The notes: generated from the letters alone by a model not told the origin. A DNA stretch of 62,930 nt, filler included, from Trichomonas gallinae (GCA_008369845.1; 6 parts of 6 records of this genome joined end to end with filler, not necessarily neighbours in it); one strand, 5' to 3'; counted from the whole stretch's first letter, positions 21,068 through 34,400 are shown. Numbers and translations: made by a program.

Positions 21068-21785
21068 ATATTAATTTATTACTTCATTCATTGTTCTCTA
21101 TTATAAAATTGTACTTATTTATGAAAACTCACTTAATTATCATTTTGTTTTCTTAAAAAAATATAAATTCTCAATATTATTTTTCCTATTTCCCACGTTC
21201 CAACGCATTAAAAGACGAAATATCATGTTATTCATAAATATTAAACTTCCAAAATTCTCATCTTCAAAAAAAAAAAAAAAAAATGGAAATTTTGTTGTTT
21301 AGGAATTTACATAATATTTTCTTATATTCTAATTAATGAATAAACTCATATGACTTCAAACTCCTTGATAATGGCAGAAAAGAAAACTTGCAACATCAGA
21401 ATATTCAATCTAATTATTTCTGACGGTAATTGCTTTAACAATTGTTTCATTTCAGTATTATGCATATGTAACCTCAAATTCTCATAGGAAAATGAAAGCT
21501 ATTTCATTCAAATATATCCGAAGGGGATGCACTACAAACTTTAAAATTGAAACACCATATTTAAACAGTAATATATGCATATCATAGGGATGATGTATTT
21601 CAGAGAAATCGTGAAAATATCAAATCCTCAAACATTTAAACAATTGTCAAAAATTCGGAAATTTTTAAATGAAAATAAGTCCAAATAATAGATAGCGAAT
21701 ACAAAATCAAAAAGAAATTAAAATGAAATTCACGTTTTTTTGCGTGAACGATAATCGAATACGTTATTTTCACGCTACAGTGGTG

Positions 21786-22451
21786 ATGAAGGGATTTGAT
21801 AGGGATCCGCTGATAGCCCACGTTTCTAGGAGGCAAGGCGGTACACCCGGACCCGCTGCGTATAACATTTCGACTAAATTGGAGACAACTACAATTAAAT
21901 TAAAAGGCCGCCAATCAGAAAGAATTTCATACGATGATACTAGAATGCTGAAACTTCCTTCCACGCTTGGTAACGTCACAAGGATCACTCTCGGCGGCAG
22001 AACAAACTTAGTTACTGATAAATTCCAAACTCCAGGTCCAAGTTATATCCCGCCATCTTTTGGCGCAGGAAGCAGACACCATACATTCGGAACTCACAAC
22101 GGCATGAAAACCAAATCACAAACCGCGCTAGATCGTTCAATAACTCCAGGCCCAGGTCCAGCTGCTTATGATGTAAAGGATCATACATTTGATGCAAATG
22201 GCACTAAGGGTATCAAGATGAAAGGTACACACGACTTCAAATATGCAAATACAGTATCTCCAGGTCCAGGTGCTTATGCTCCGAGATTTGAATCTGTTCT
22301 TGCCTCAGCCCCGAAGCCGATATTCCATATTAGGCCAAAGATGAAGGATCCAGAACCTGGTGTGGGCTATAAAGAATTAGGCTCAACGCTTAGTGGACCA
22401 CAATTCACAATGAAACGTCGTGCCAATGATGATATTAACTTAATCAAGTAA
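21786..22451 (+). CDS. SHIPPO/ODF3-like PGP-repeat axonemal protein
   Basis: Repeated TPGPAAY, TPGPSY, PGPGPAAY, SPGPGAY motifs; ATG 21786 preferred, ORF open from 21723. Confidence 0.8.
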   Translation: MKGFDRDPLIAHVSRRQGGTPGPAAYNISTKLETTTIKLKGRQSERISYDDTRMLKLPSTLGNVTRITLGGRTNLVTDKFQTPGPSYIPPSFGAGSRHHTFGTHNGMKTKSQTALDRSITPGPGPAAYDVKDHTFDANGTKGIKMKGTHDFKYANTVSPGPGAYAPRFESVLASAPKPIFHIRPKMKDPEPGVGYKELGSTLSGPQFTMKRRANDDINLIK

Positions 22452-22760
22452 TATTGATTACCTTATTAAATATTTTTTGATCTTTTCTCGCTTCGAAAAC
22501 TTATTCAATAAATTTTGTAACAAAATCTGTGGATTTAATTCATATATTTCAAATCAAATCATTCCAAACAATCAAATATTTCAGTTATGTTATGGCTTTT
22601 CGATAAAAGTTCAATTTTTCTATAAAATTATATTCCGTGAAATTATAACTATCAACTGATGTGCATAACCCTTATCCAAATTTATAAAGAATATAGGAAC
22701 CTGAAGGCCTAAAAAATAAAAAATATATTACAATTAAATATAAATACAAACATTAAATAT

Positions 22761-23783
22761 TTACATCATTGGGTATTGCATTATCTGTGGCTGAGGCATT
22801 CTCATTGCTTGATTATTCATCATTCTTCTTTGGCGAAAATGAGTCTGGATTGTGCCGTGCAACTGAATGTCTATCCTCTCTTCTGGATCATACTTAATAA
22901 TGGAGTCAATCAATCTATCATATTTCTGAATTCCTGTATATTCAATATAATTCAACAATGCAGCACAAGCTGAGAGATAAATCTTATCACAGTCTTGCTT
23001 GAGCTTCAAAACAGCTGGTTTAATATCATCACCGGGCCAATGCACTTTACTCATATAATATAAAATTTGACCAAGATCGAGAAGAAGAACACTTGGCGGT
23101 GTCCTTTGTGAAGAGTGTTGGCAATAAGAAGCAGCCTTGAATTTAATAAAATCCATCGTTTGTGTGTAATAAACAATAATATATTGAAATTCTTTATCTT
23201 GTAATTCTTTTGTAAGTTTATCATTAACGTATGCAATGCGCCTTGAGATGTCTTTTATCGCTAATTTCTGGCCTTCTGTATGAATTGATAATTTAAAATC
23301 TAAATAAAGCATTTCGCGTAAATGAATATCTGGGATAGTTTCATTGAATGTTTTTGTTATTATATCTAATACAGTTTTTGTATCAAAATATTGATTTAAT
23401 GTGAATTCATTTAATCCAGTAAAATCTGTACTTGTATTATCTGGTATATCTACATCCATTTCCTGAGATTTTTGTGTTAGAGAAGGAACTTCATTATAAC
23501 ATGCTGTTATTGTATCTATATCTGGATATTCATAAGTTAAATCTTCTTCGTAAATGTATCTCTCTGGTTTATATTGATTTTCTGACTTTTTAAAATGTTC
23601 AAATACATCCAATTGATCAGGAAGCATATTTTCATTCAGTTCTTCCCATCTTTTCTGTAAACGATCAGCTGTTCTGCGTCCGTTGAATGATTTTGCAATC
23701 TCATTATATTCACCGGGATGCATAACATACGATTGAAGTAATAAATAGTCTTCATCACTTGTAAATGGTGGATCAATATTCAT
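22761..23783 (-). CDS. Myb/SANT-domain protein
   Basis: FTSDEDYLLL...YNEIAKSFNGRRTADRLQKRW: single Myb-like repeat at the N-terminus. Confidence 0.75.
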   Translation of the reverse strand: MNIDPPFTSDEDYLLLQSYVMHPGEYNEIAKSFNGRRTADRLQKRWEELNENMLPDQLDVFEHFKKSENQYKPERYIYEEDLTYEYPDIDTITACYNEVPSLTQKSQEMDVDIPDNTSTDFTGLNEFTLNQYFDTKTVLDIITKTFNETIPDIHLREMLYLDFKLSIHTEGQKLAIKDISRRIAYVNDKLTKELQDKEFQYIIVYYTQTMDFIKFKAASYCQHSSQRTPPSVLLLDLGQILYYMSKVHWPGDDIKPAVLKLKQDCDKIYLSACAALLNYIEYTGIQKYDRLIDSIIKYDPEERIDIQLHGTIQTHFRQRRMMNNQAMRMPQPQIMQYPMM

Positions 23784-24204
23784 TTTACAAATCTAGGTGA
23801 AATAATATGATTTTTTGACATATAACCAGTTTATTTGACAAATTTAAGATTTATTTGTCAGATTTACGAATTCATAATTTTTAAATTCATTACAATCGAT
23901 CCGATCATCACTATGATTAAAATATCTTCCTTATGGATATAATAACCTGTTATTTTCGCGGCATACTGTATTTGGTTGACCTTGAAAAATATTTTGACAA
24001 ATTTCGTTATAACAAGTTAAAGAGTTGAAAATATTATTATTAAAATTGTTAGATGAAGTACTCGTATTATGTTCATTCCTTATCGTGTCTGAATGTATTT
24101 ATTTTTTGTGATAATGAAAATTGTTATATCATCAAAAGAGAATAGTATATTTATAATATGTAGATGATATTGAAAGTATGTCTTGCTCGCCATTCTTAAA
24201 TTCC

Positions 24205-24381
24205 TTGGCGCCAAATTTTGAATTTTTTACATTATTGCCAGACGAAAAATATTTGATTATTTAGAATCTGCATACAAAAATATGCCTAAATAAGCAATAT
24301 TTAGAATTTGAATTGGCGCCAAATAATAAAAGTGACATCGTTTTAATAGAAATTCGCCCGCCCCCGCCAAAAATTTCATTC
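24205..24381 (+). promoter_or_regulatory. Promoter cluster: two TTGGCGCCAA palindromes, CHR-like TTTGAA, M2 (AAAGTGAC), CCCGCCAAAA and Inr
   Basis: TTGGCGCCAA at 24205 and 24313; TTTGAA at 24217 and 24307; AAAGTGAC at 24329; TCATTC at 24376 before ATG 24390. Confidence 0.5.
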
Positions 24382-24389
24382 TTACATAA

Positions 24390-24806
24390 ATGATTCTTGA
24401 TTTCGATGACGACGATTTTGGCGTGCCGCAGACTTCGCCAGTACACAAGCCGGCATTCGATTATAACTTTGATATAGGAATGACACTCCCTTCTCCAGTT
24501 AGCGCTCCATTATACAGTCCGAATAAAGACCCATTTGGAACATTCGAGAGACCAGAGGAACCAATAACTACATACCAATTTCAAGATATAAGTGTTCCAT
24601 TCAAACAAACAACTTTGCAACAGGAACTTGAAAAATCTTTCCAAAAACCGCCACAAATTCACAAAAGACCAGAAAAGAAGAAGAAACCTATTTTTACATG
24701 CAGACCATTTGTTTCTTTAGAAGCAGCAGAACTTACCGTTCACCAACTCAGATCTGTTTTATCCAGACCTATCAAACCACATAAGGCAACACAATTTGCT
24801 CAGTAA
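24390..24806 (+). CDS. Small hypothetical protein with SP motifs and a basic NLS-like patch
   Basis: 138-aa ORF preceded by an Inr; KRPEKKKK. Confidence 0.65.
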   Translation: MILDFDDDDFGVPQTSPVHKPAFDYNFDIGMTLPSPVSAPLYSPNKDPFGTFERPEEPITTYQFQDISVPFKQTTLQQELEKSFQKPPQIHKRPEKKKKPIFTCRPFVSLEAAELTVHQLRSVLSRPIKPHKATQFAQ

Positions 24807-25783
24807 TATACTCAAATAACTGTTTTATCGACATTTTCGATACTTTGTTTTATACTTTTTAAATTTTTATTCTATCCGGCTTTTACTCATTGACAATATA
24901 GATATTTCCGCATTTTGCTATTGAGTGGGCTTGGATTTATATATGTTTGTATTTAATATATCAAAGTAAATATTTCTTTATCAACAGAGTAAATTATTAC
25001 TGAAATCATATCTAACTTGCCATATTTCATCGTTTATTAATTGCAAAAATGCTATATTTCAATATGTTAGCTAAACTGATTTTCATTTATGATCAAACAT
25101 CTCAATTTTAACATTTTGCTTATGAATTTATATTACCCCTATGATATAGACCTTAGGGCTTAATAAGTTCAACCTAAGGTTTGATCCTCACGTTCTTTAG
25201 ATTTACATGTCAAAAATATGTATTTTTTGTCATCATTAAAGATAAATCATTATCCAATGTTTGCGATATTAAAACGATGCTAACTATTAGGTCTTCCCAG
25301 AATAAATCTGCTGATAATATATACAACAAACTTAGTTCATCTTCACTTGTATTTGCAAAATATATACCTAAATGTAAATAAACAAAAATGCAATTTCCAT
25401 TTTTGACATGTAAATGTAAAATTGACATTTACATCATCTCTTGAATTTTTGACTAATGTCAGAAATGAAATGTACAAATGAAACGAAAAAATGCAAAGGA
25501 AACTTTATGAGGAAAATATAAATCTAAACCAAACGAAATACGCTTACAGTACACGAAAAAAAAAATTGATTTGATAGTTACACGGGCGTAACAGCATACA
25601 AAATTTTCTATTTTGAGGGGAAAATAATCGTATTTGGAAATATTTATTTTTTGTGAGGGTATTGAAAAGAGGTTCAGTTAAGGAATATGATTATTGAATT
25701 TTAAGGCCAGAATTTTCAAGTTGATGAAAATTATTTAAAAGCTATTGAAAAAAAAAATTGAATAAGTGTAAAATCCGTACAAG

Positions 25784-27694
25784 ATTTTGTTTTCAGTATT
25801 AACCGCTATTGCGGCTTCGATATTAGTTCCATTTGGCAGCAGTTCCTACCATGTCTCGAAATACGCCGCCGAATCATTTGAGTTCCCCAGTTCTTCGGAT
25901 ATTGTTTATACAATAATCTTGAATCCAGAAGATTTCATTTTGGCTAATAGCAGTTATGTCATACCAATATACAAGAATTTATCGTCCCTTTTAATCCAAT
26001 CGAAAGTTATGACCGAAACAACAATTTATTTTCAAGTTATAAGCATTTCTAACGAATGTAACACTGTCGATTTTGTTTTAAATGAATACAACAGCGAAGT
26101 TATCCTCAAACAAAATGAAATTAAGACAAATTTCTCAAATTGTATTGTATTCGCTTCGTTTACAAACATGAATTACAATTTCATCAACAGGAGCTGCAGT
26201 AGCCCAGCAGAAATCCAAGTATTTAACAGCACAAATATGAATTTTAGTCGCATAATTTTCTCAAATGTTTCAACATTTAGAATATATGCAACAAAGTGCT
26301 GCATTCTTAGAGTTGACTACAAAATTAATCAAAATGCAGGAGAAATCGGTCTTTTTTACATGAATTATTATGATTACCAAACAGATGGACGAAATTCATT
26401 CAAAAGCGGATTATATTATATACCATCGGCAACACATTTCTTTAGCACATCCCAAAATGCCGAAATTATAAATAATCAAATTTCGAATGATAAAAAGAAT
26501 CCACCTGTTTTACATCCAGGAACAAAGTTCATACAGATATCTCCAAGTGTCATGTATTCAGTCAACAAGTCATCTTTCATTATTTTCCATCCTAAAATAG
26601 ATCAATCAGATTTTTTAGCTGTTGTATCAAGTAAATCAAAATTACAGATCATTACAAATAAGTCCAAGATTCTTGGCGTTTTCTACCAAGAGAGTGGAAC
26701 AATTCTCTTTAATTCAACGAAAAATGATGCGTCTTTATTTATCACAGTCTACAGCAACAAAGATAACAGTTTGAGCTGCGAAAATAGAATAGTATTACTA
26801 GGGAATACAACTGCACTCGTTGGATCGTCTGATTACAAATCACAAAATGCGAGTATTACAGAAACATTAACAAATGGAAAATCTTCTTGTTTATATTCTG
26901 CTTTCGTACCTGGATATGCTAAAATGATGTATTCTGCGCATGGATCTGTAATGGCAACAACATATGCAACAGATGATACAAATTATCCATCAAGCTCAAC
27001 AAATTATATTCTTAGTCCATCAACAGTTATTGTTACACAGTCATCATACTCACATGACGATGGATATCTTACAATCACAACTCAAAGCTCTAATTATCCA
27101 TTTCAATCTGGTGTTTTAACAGAAAATTCAAATACATTTGGTTCCTTCATATATATACCAAAAAAGAAACCAAGTATGATCTTAATTCTAGCAGGAATCG
27201 GCGCAACTGCATTTATTTTAATAATTATTCTTGCAATCACAACATATTGTTGCATTACTCGTAAAGCGAAAGTAACTCCTGAGCAAGAATGTGCAGATGA
27301 CTCAGCTGAAAGCGCATCTGACACTTCTTCATCTTCATCTTCAACGCCAACAAGAGGTATTAGACTTGGCGCGACAAGTGGATCAGCAGCACGATCATCA
27401 GCTTCCATGTTCGCGTTATATCGGTCTCCGCAATCAGGTCATCATCCTCCTGTTAATTATGATATACAGCAGCCACAATACGCGCCAATTAGTCCATATT
27501 CAAACACTCAGGATAACAAAACACATATATTTATGCCACAAGAAAACTCCCAAACTCGACTGGATTACGTAGTTGGATCCATTTTGGATCAAAATGGAAA
27601 TGTCAATCATTCAGTTCTTAATCTGCCGGAAAGCGATAAATATGACAATAGATATCCATCAGCAAACCCGTATGAGCACTCTGGCATGCTCTAG
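25784..27694 (+). CDS. Type I membrane protein (signal peptide, TM helix, Ser-rich tail); expected initiator reads ATT
   Basis: Leader LFSVLTAIAAS, TM ILILAGIGATAFILIIILAITTYCC; no in-frame ATG before the leader. Confidence 0.7.
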   Translation: MLFSVLTAIAASILVPFGSSSYHVSKYAAESFEFPSSSDIVYTIILNPEDFILANSSYVIPIYKNLSSLLIQSKVMTETTIYFQVISISNECNTVDFVLNEYNSEVILKQNEIKTNFSNCIVFASFTNMNYNFINRSCSSPAEIQVFNSTNMNFSRIIFSNVSTFRIYATKCCILRVDYKINQNAGEIGLFYMNYYDYQTDGRNSFKSGLYYIPSATHFFSTSQNAEIINNQISNDKKNPPVLHPGTKFIQISPSVMYSVNKSSFIIFHPKIDQSDFLAVVSSKSKLQIITNKSKILGVFYQESGTILFNSTKNDASLFITVYSNKDNSLSCENRIVLLGNTTALVGSSDYKSQNASITETLTNGKSSCLYSAFVPGYAKMMYSAHGSVMATTYATDDTNYPSSSTNYILSPSTVIVTQSSYSHDDGYLTITTQSSNYPFQSGVLTENSNTFGSFIYIPKKKPSMILILAGIGATAFILIIILAITTYCCITRKAKVTPEQECADDSAESASDTSSSSSSTPTRGIRLGATSGSAARSSASMFALYRSPQSGHHPPVNYDIQQPQYAPISPYSNTQDNKTHIFMPQENSQTRLDYVVGSILDQNGNVNHSVLNLPESDKYDNRYPSANPYEHSGML

Positions 27695-27957
27695 TTTTAT
27701 TTGTTTGTGTATTATTAAAAATATATTATTTATTCATGAAAAACATGATCTTTTTAATATCATTGTTTATCATCTGCAGATATTATCTTGTTTACTGAAG
27801 ATAATATATGTCAAATGTATTAATCTTTCTGCTCATTATTTTGATTTCAAAATAAACTAATTATAATAGTAATCACATTTTAAACATAAACAACATTTAC
27901 ATTGATAAATCAAAGCCATTTTAACAACAGAACATATATTAATTAAATCAAGTTTCC

Positions 27958-29364
27958 TTATTTTGGAGTTTTCGGACTTTTTCCGCCTTTGCCTTTCTTA
28001 AATCTGGATTTAATAAGCTCTGGGTTCGTAATTTCGATTTGTCTCAGCAACATCTTGAAATGTTTATCAATTTCTTTCAAGCCTTCAACTTCAAGCTCTT
28101 TCAGCTTCTTTATTGTAACTGATACAAAGTCAACAATTTCTACCTGGAATTCTTGAGTTTTCTCGTTCGTTTTGATTTTATATTCTTTGACTTTCACGAT
28201 TTCTTTCTTGCTGTTCTCCAAACGAGATATGCAATCATCTCTAATTGCGTATTTTGCGACTCCTTCTTCAACAACTTTATCAATGAAAGATTGCATTCCT
28301 TGTGTATAGCCAATCCATTGATTAAAGTGTCCCAATCCAAGAGGAGAGTACAAATTGTCTTCAAATTCGCTCTGATGCTTCGTTGAATCTTCAATTCTTT
28401 TCATAAACGAATTCCTAAGTTGACGAGAAAGCTTGTAAATTTCATGATCAAGCTGATCAGCTCCAGGTGTTGATAACGTTTCAATAGTATTTTCGAGCTT
28501 AATTTCGCGCTGATTTAAAAATTCGATAAATCTGATGTGACAATGTTCAGCGTGCATAATTCTATCGATAAAAGCATGTATATCAGCTGGTATACGTGCA
28601 GGAGATGCCATCATGATATCTCTTAAGTCTTCAATTTCTTTTTCTTCGAAATGATTGTAAACATGTTTAACGAAAGCTTGCGTCAACGTAGAAGATGGTA
28701 TTTTCTTGCAGTGCAACAGTAAATCAATGGTTGGATCATCAAGATCTGCAGCAATTTCGATTGGCGTTCTTCCATTCGAATCAGGAGCCAGTCTATCAGC
28801 ACCTTTCTCAAGAAGTATGCGAACACACTCTGTCTGGTTCTGTTTAATGGCAAAGTGAAGGGCAGATCTTTTTCCAACAACCATTTTTGAATCGTATTCG
28901 AGTAAATTTTGACATGATTCGTAATCACCTTTGTTAATTGCGTGGAAAAGTGCGATTTCATCCGTTTTGTTAGTAACATTTGGATTAGCATCAAACTGAA
29001 GCAACATATTTAATGCTTCTCGATTTCCTGAATTTACTGCAGTAATCAAAGCAGGAGTACCACTTCTAGTCTTAGAATTAGGATCAACACCGGCTTTTAA
29101 AAGAGCAAGTAACGACTTATTCTTTTTCAATTTTATTGCATAATGCAATGGCGGCGGTAAATTTGTACATTTTGGAGCATATGGATCACAACCTTTTTCA
29201 ATAAGAAATTTAATAGTATCACTATCGTTCTCGTTAATGCAAAAATGAATAAAAGTCATATAAAATTAAAAATGAATACCATAACATTAATGATGAACAC
29301 CTATCAACTGATTTGGATCACCACCGGCATCGAGGATGGACTTTAACTCTCCTATTGATGACAT
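27958..29364 (-). CDS. Ankyrin-repeat protein with coiled-coil C-terminus; 5' part interrupted by a 42-nt stop-containing insert
   Basis: PPLHYA, TPALITAV, SALHFAI, GRTPIEIA ankyrin motifs; upstream in-frame MSSIGELKSILDAGGDPNQLI from ATG 29364. Confidence 0.75.
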
Positions 29365-31427
29365 TTTGCTACTTTTTTTTTTATAAACGTGACGTTAATA
29401 TGTAAATATTTCAATTTACATTTTGTCATTTTGACATGTAAATTATATATTTGCCATCATGACACGTAATCTATCCATTTGCCATTTTGACACGTAAATG
29501 TTATGTTATTTCAAATCGAGTTTTAAAAATTTCCGCTTAGCGATTCTAAAATTGAATAATGGTAATATGAATTTCTTATAATATGGTTATTACTGTTTTT
29601 GAACAGTAACATCAATGCGCCACCATTTGTAGGGCAACAGCATCGAGTTGCACAGTAACTTTTGATATCGATTTGAATTTTGATATATTACTCTCATTCT
29701 TAAAATGCTGACATAGAATGACTTGTTATAACCGATATTTTATCATACAAACAAAACTTTGAAGGGAAAATAGATAAAAAATGTCATTTTACATTCATAG
29801 TTATGATATCGGTATTATGACCCAATGTTTATAATACATCATAATAATTCGAGAAAAGAACTAATGTTGTTAATAAATTTCGAAATTGAATATATTTTTT
29901 GATCTGATCACATTGTATTTAAAAATAACAAAGGAATATAATTTATTTTTAATCTTCAAATGATCGAATATGACTTTAATTTGCGAAATCAAAATTCAAA
30001 ATAAAAAATGAGATGGATATGGATACTTTAAAAGCTTGCCTTTGGAATATTTTCGAATAAATAAGCTAGTATTTACAATAGAGTTCGGATCATTGCAAAA
30101 TAAATTTTAAACAAAAAATAGATAATGGATGAATTGGTTTTAAAATGTAATATGCATGACATAATGAAATTGTTATACCATGCAGCATGTAGACAGTCAA
30201 TTAATCTTTCACATAAAACAATTCAAATAATTATTATGATTCATTTTCAAATTCAGATGCGTTTGTTGTTTATAAAAATATTATCGGATCAAATTTTTAA
30301 AAATCGAATAGAAATCATTTTTCGATTTTCGAACAATATTTAACAATCTACCACACATGTATTATTCAAAACGATAAGCTAGTAGACCGGACCAAAAGTA
30401 ATATTTGCTAAAATATTGAGAACTGTATAATTCACTTGGCCAATTTTAAAAATTTTTTGCTTCCAATTTTGCATGGTTAATATTAGTTTGTTGGATAGAG
30501 TTAAATACCAAATCTATGGCCCGTAAAAACATACAAAATTCTAAATTTTGAAAATACCAGAATTTTCATTGAAATGTTGCTAATATAGAGGGTATTAGAT
30601 AGCATAATATTATAATAACGGGAAAGCGTGGTGGAACTAAATTGAATCAATTCTTTTTTCTTTTCGCGAAATAACTATAGTATTCGCTGCTAAACATATG
30701 AATATTAAAAAAAGTTCAATCCGATTATTTCATGTGGAAGAACGGTTGTTCTTGAAATTTTGATTAGAATTTTGAACATAAACCGTCAATGCACCGCATA
30801 AATCTTCTGGTAAATTAATGCTGATTATTATTTAATAAAAATCGGATGCTGATATTTTCAATACATTCGCAATTTGATTATTGAAATTATCATGGCGTTT
30901 ATTTATTATACTATGATAATCATTTTTTAAATTTGTGAAGAATAATGAAAAAAGCTCTCATTGAAATTTTAGTTTCACAATCGTTTAATTTCAAAGGATG
31001 GTTTAGCCGGCAAGCGTAGATGAATGCCCAAAACCATCACATCATTTTAAATTTAAAAATTATCATCAAAAAACTCTAATCAAGATTTTGAAAACATATC
31101 CAATTATTTTTACTACGAAGCGAAATATTTTATTCTATTACTCTTAACAATGCGATAATTATAAAAAGAAATCGACGCAATTTTAACTCTACAAAACAGA
31201 AGTATTGAAAATAATTGGCACATTATAACGCTAGAGTAATCATATATATGAGTAAAACAATCATTCATTATTGAAAAAACTTTGAATTGGTTATTCAAAA
31301 AAGTAAATCAATTTTTTCAATTAGTATTATTGGCTTTTGCTGAAATATTATAGACCCACAGCCAATGGGTAAATTATTAAACTATTTACAAATTATTCAA
31401 TTGATTTTTTTTTGAATACAAAAACAT

Positions 31428-31438
31428 TCACTTCATTT
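31428..31438 (+). promoter_or_regulatory. Tandem initiator (Inr) elements
   Basis: TCACTT and TCATTT 9-19 nt upstream of ATG 31447. Confidence 0.6.
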
Positions 31439-31446
31439 CTCTAACA

Positions 31447-34400
31447 ATGGAAGAGATCCAGTCGATTCCTACTAATGCTAGTGAGGACTTCTCAAACTCC
31501 TTAAGCTCCAGATTAATTGGTTTAGTCGATATCCCACTCTCAACAAGAATCAGAGAAAATTTATCTGCTTTGTTTAATTTTCTTGACATATATGGTCCAA
31601 AGATTCCATTACTACACTCAGTAGTTACATATATTAGATTCTTCCAGATCATTGGTGGTGCCTTCATGGCTTCCAATGGAGATGTGTTCGACCAAAGCAC
31701 ATTTACGTTCAGAGTGATTAGCATCATTACAGTACTCTTCCATGTGATACCAGTTGAATACAGATGGGGAAATGAATATCTATTTTTATATGTTATTAAT
31801 GCAATTTTATTAATTTTCGGCATATACCTTTTAATTTGCTCATTTATCTACAAGAAGACTAGTACCATATCCAAATTCTCTATAGTAACATTGACACTCT
31901 TCATGTCTTTCGTTCCTTTCATTCTCATCCCAATATCTGTACAATATGCCGGCCAAATAATTTCAGCATATATTCGAGGAGTTTTCAAAATCGAAATGTC
32001 GACCCTTTTCGCCGTGATTTTAACAGCGATCTGCACATTCTGCTACACTTGGACAATGATCAAATGCTACTCCAGGACATTAACTTTTCGAGCAACATCT
32101 TTCCAAACAGTTGAAAGCGGCCCACAATGCAAAATTTTCATCACAACAAATGTTGTCACTTTTATTTCAAGTCTCACAACATATTTAACCCAGTGGCCTT
32201 CACTGGCGTGCATCATATTATCTATTGCGTGCTTCATTTATAACTCATTTACAGTGTTTGGATGCGGAACTTTCGTTAAGTTGCAACATCAAACTTTGGT
32301 TCTCGCGTCTTCTATCATTGGTGCCTGCATATCTGGTGCATCCATTATCCCAATAGTCACAGGACGCAGATGGGGACCATATTTCTTTATTGGAGTTTTA
32401 GTTATATCTGTAATCTCACTCATTCTTTCAGAAATGTTCATAAAAAGAAGAGTAACGAAAGATCTGCACTCACTAGATGAGTTTGAAGCAACTGGAGACT
32501 TCGAAGTCATTGGAAAAAAGAACAAATTTAAACAAGTTGTAGCCACAGGATTCACTTATGCACATAAAACGTGCATAGACTTCACTGTCTTCAAGGCAGC
32601 AGTGCAAAAGTGGAACAATGATCTCGATGTTTGGATCATTTATGCGAAATTTGCATCGATTTATCCTGAATTATCGCATACATTGGAGTTTATTGGTTCT
32701 AATATGAAGCTTATCGCAAAGAAAAACCAGGAAGCTCAGTATTATATGATGAACATTGGCCAAATCATCAAAACAAGGGAAACAAAATTTACTCCAGAAC
32801 TAAAGTCCAAAATCTCAAAAATAACGAAGCACTTTGATAAGTCCAAGAACAGACTGAGAAATATCTGGGATTTAGTCCTCCAGGGCAATGTTAACGAAAT
32901 TGATACTGCAATTCGTGCAGCATATGATAGTGTGAACACATCTGAAGTAGAAATGAACCAACTATTGATGCTTTATCCAAATAACCGATTCGTGGCACGC
33001 CAATACGCTAGACTTCAAATTGAAATTAAATCAGATCCATGTAATTTCAAGAAGTGGAATGACAACCTTAAACAGCTTCAAAAAGGAGTAATGATATACC
33101 CAGACACATTGCATGAACTCGGTTTTATTGCTTATGAAAATATTCCAGAGTATTCAAATGAATCAGCAACAGGATCAAAAGTTGGTACAGAGCAAGAATC
33201 AATTGTTGACGATTTCAGTACAACATTTGAAGATGATTTAGATTTACAAAAAGTCGAAAGCATCAAAAACATGATTGACAGGCATAAAATACCTGCAATA
33301 CAATACATGTATTATTCAACTGCCTTGTCTTTCATCTTCCTTATCTTTATTCCATTCATGACTCTTTTAGGTTTGTTTTTCATTTTCTCGAGTAACATAA
33401 CAAAGCCATTAGAGCTGATGTACGGAATTTCATATATGAGAAACATGATAAACATGCTTCCTGCTTTCCTCAGCAAGTTCTTGATGCAAGAGATCGAAGA
33501 TCCTAATGAACCAGGAACGAAATTAATGACATTAATAAATCTTCCAGCCGATTTTCCAATGGATGCTTATGGAAACACAAGAGGAACGAAGAGAATCCTT
33601 GAGTATTTAATTACACAAGTATCTAGCGCCAATACTATGATTGTTCCTCTCAGACATTTCGCAAGTGGAAACAAACACATTGAGAAAGTCAGAGATTTAA
33701 TGTTCGCAGGAACTCTTGATTTTAATTTCGTCATCAACACATCAAAAGTCATAACAACAAAATCCAATTTAGTACAAGTATCATATATGATTGCTAACCA
33801 TATCTCAAAAGTCATCGGTTTGAACAATTACACAGCTGATGTTCCAAAGAATTTAGACACATTGACAGCCAAAAACAACAACGTTGATGCAACAGAAGCT
33901 CTCACAAAATCCATCGAATACATTGTAAGCTTCATGAAAGATATTGATGCCAGATATCAAAAGATAATCTATTATGCAAGAATGCCAGTTATCGGTCTTG
34001 TAATCATCACATATATTATAATCTATAATGTTCAGATCAGAAAATTAAGAAGCAACAAAATTGCTATTTACGGATTATTATCATCACTTCCAAAAACAGT
34101 TATTTCGAACATATCTTATTCATATTCAAAACTCCAGCGCGAACCAACAGCCACAATACAGTCATTGGGAAGTGTTGCTGAAATAGAAACAAACAGACAA
34201 GAAGAGAGCATCATCAAACTTTTCTCTTCAATCAATGATGGATCAGCGAGAGCCAAAGTTGAGCTCAACAATTTATTCAACATTCTTTTCATTATTGCTG
34301 CTGCATGCGTTGCTTATTATTTCATCTGCGAGTCATTTATCAATTCATCAGTTGAAGTAGTAAGGAACTGCTATCATATCAATTACATGTATGGCAGCAT

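Noticed and set aside
25150..25180. ACCTTAGG/CCTAAGGT short inverted repeat
   Set aside because: 8-bp stem is within chance expectation
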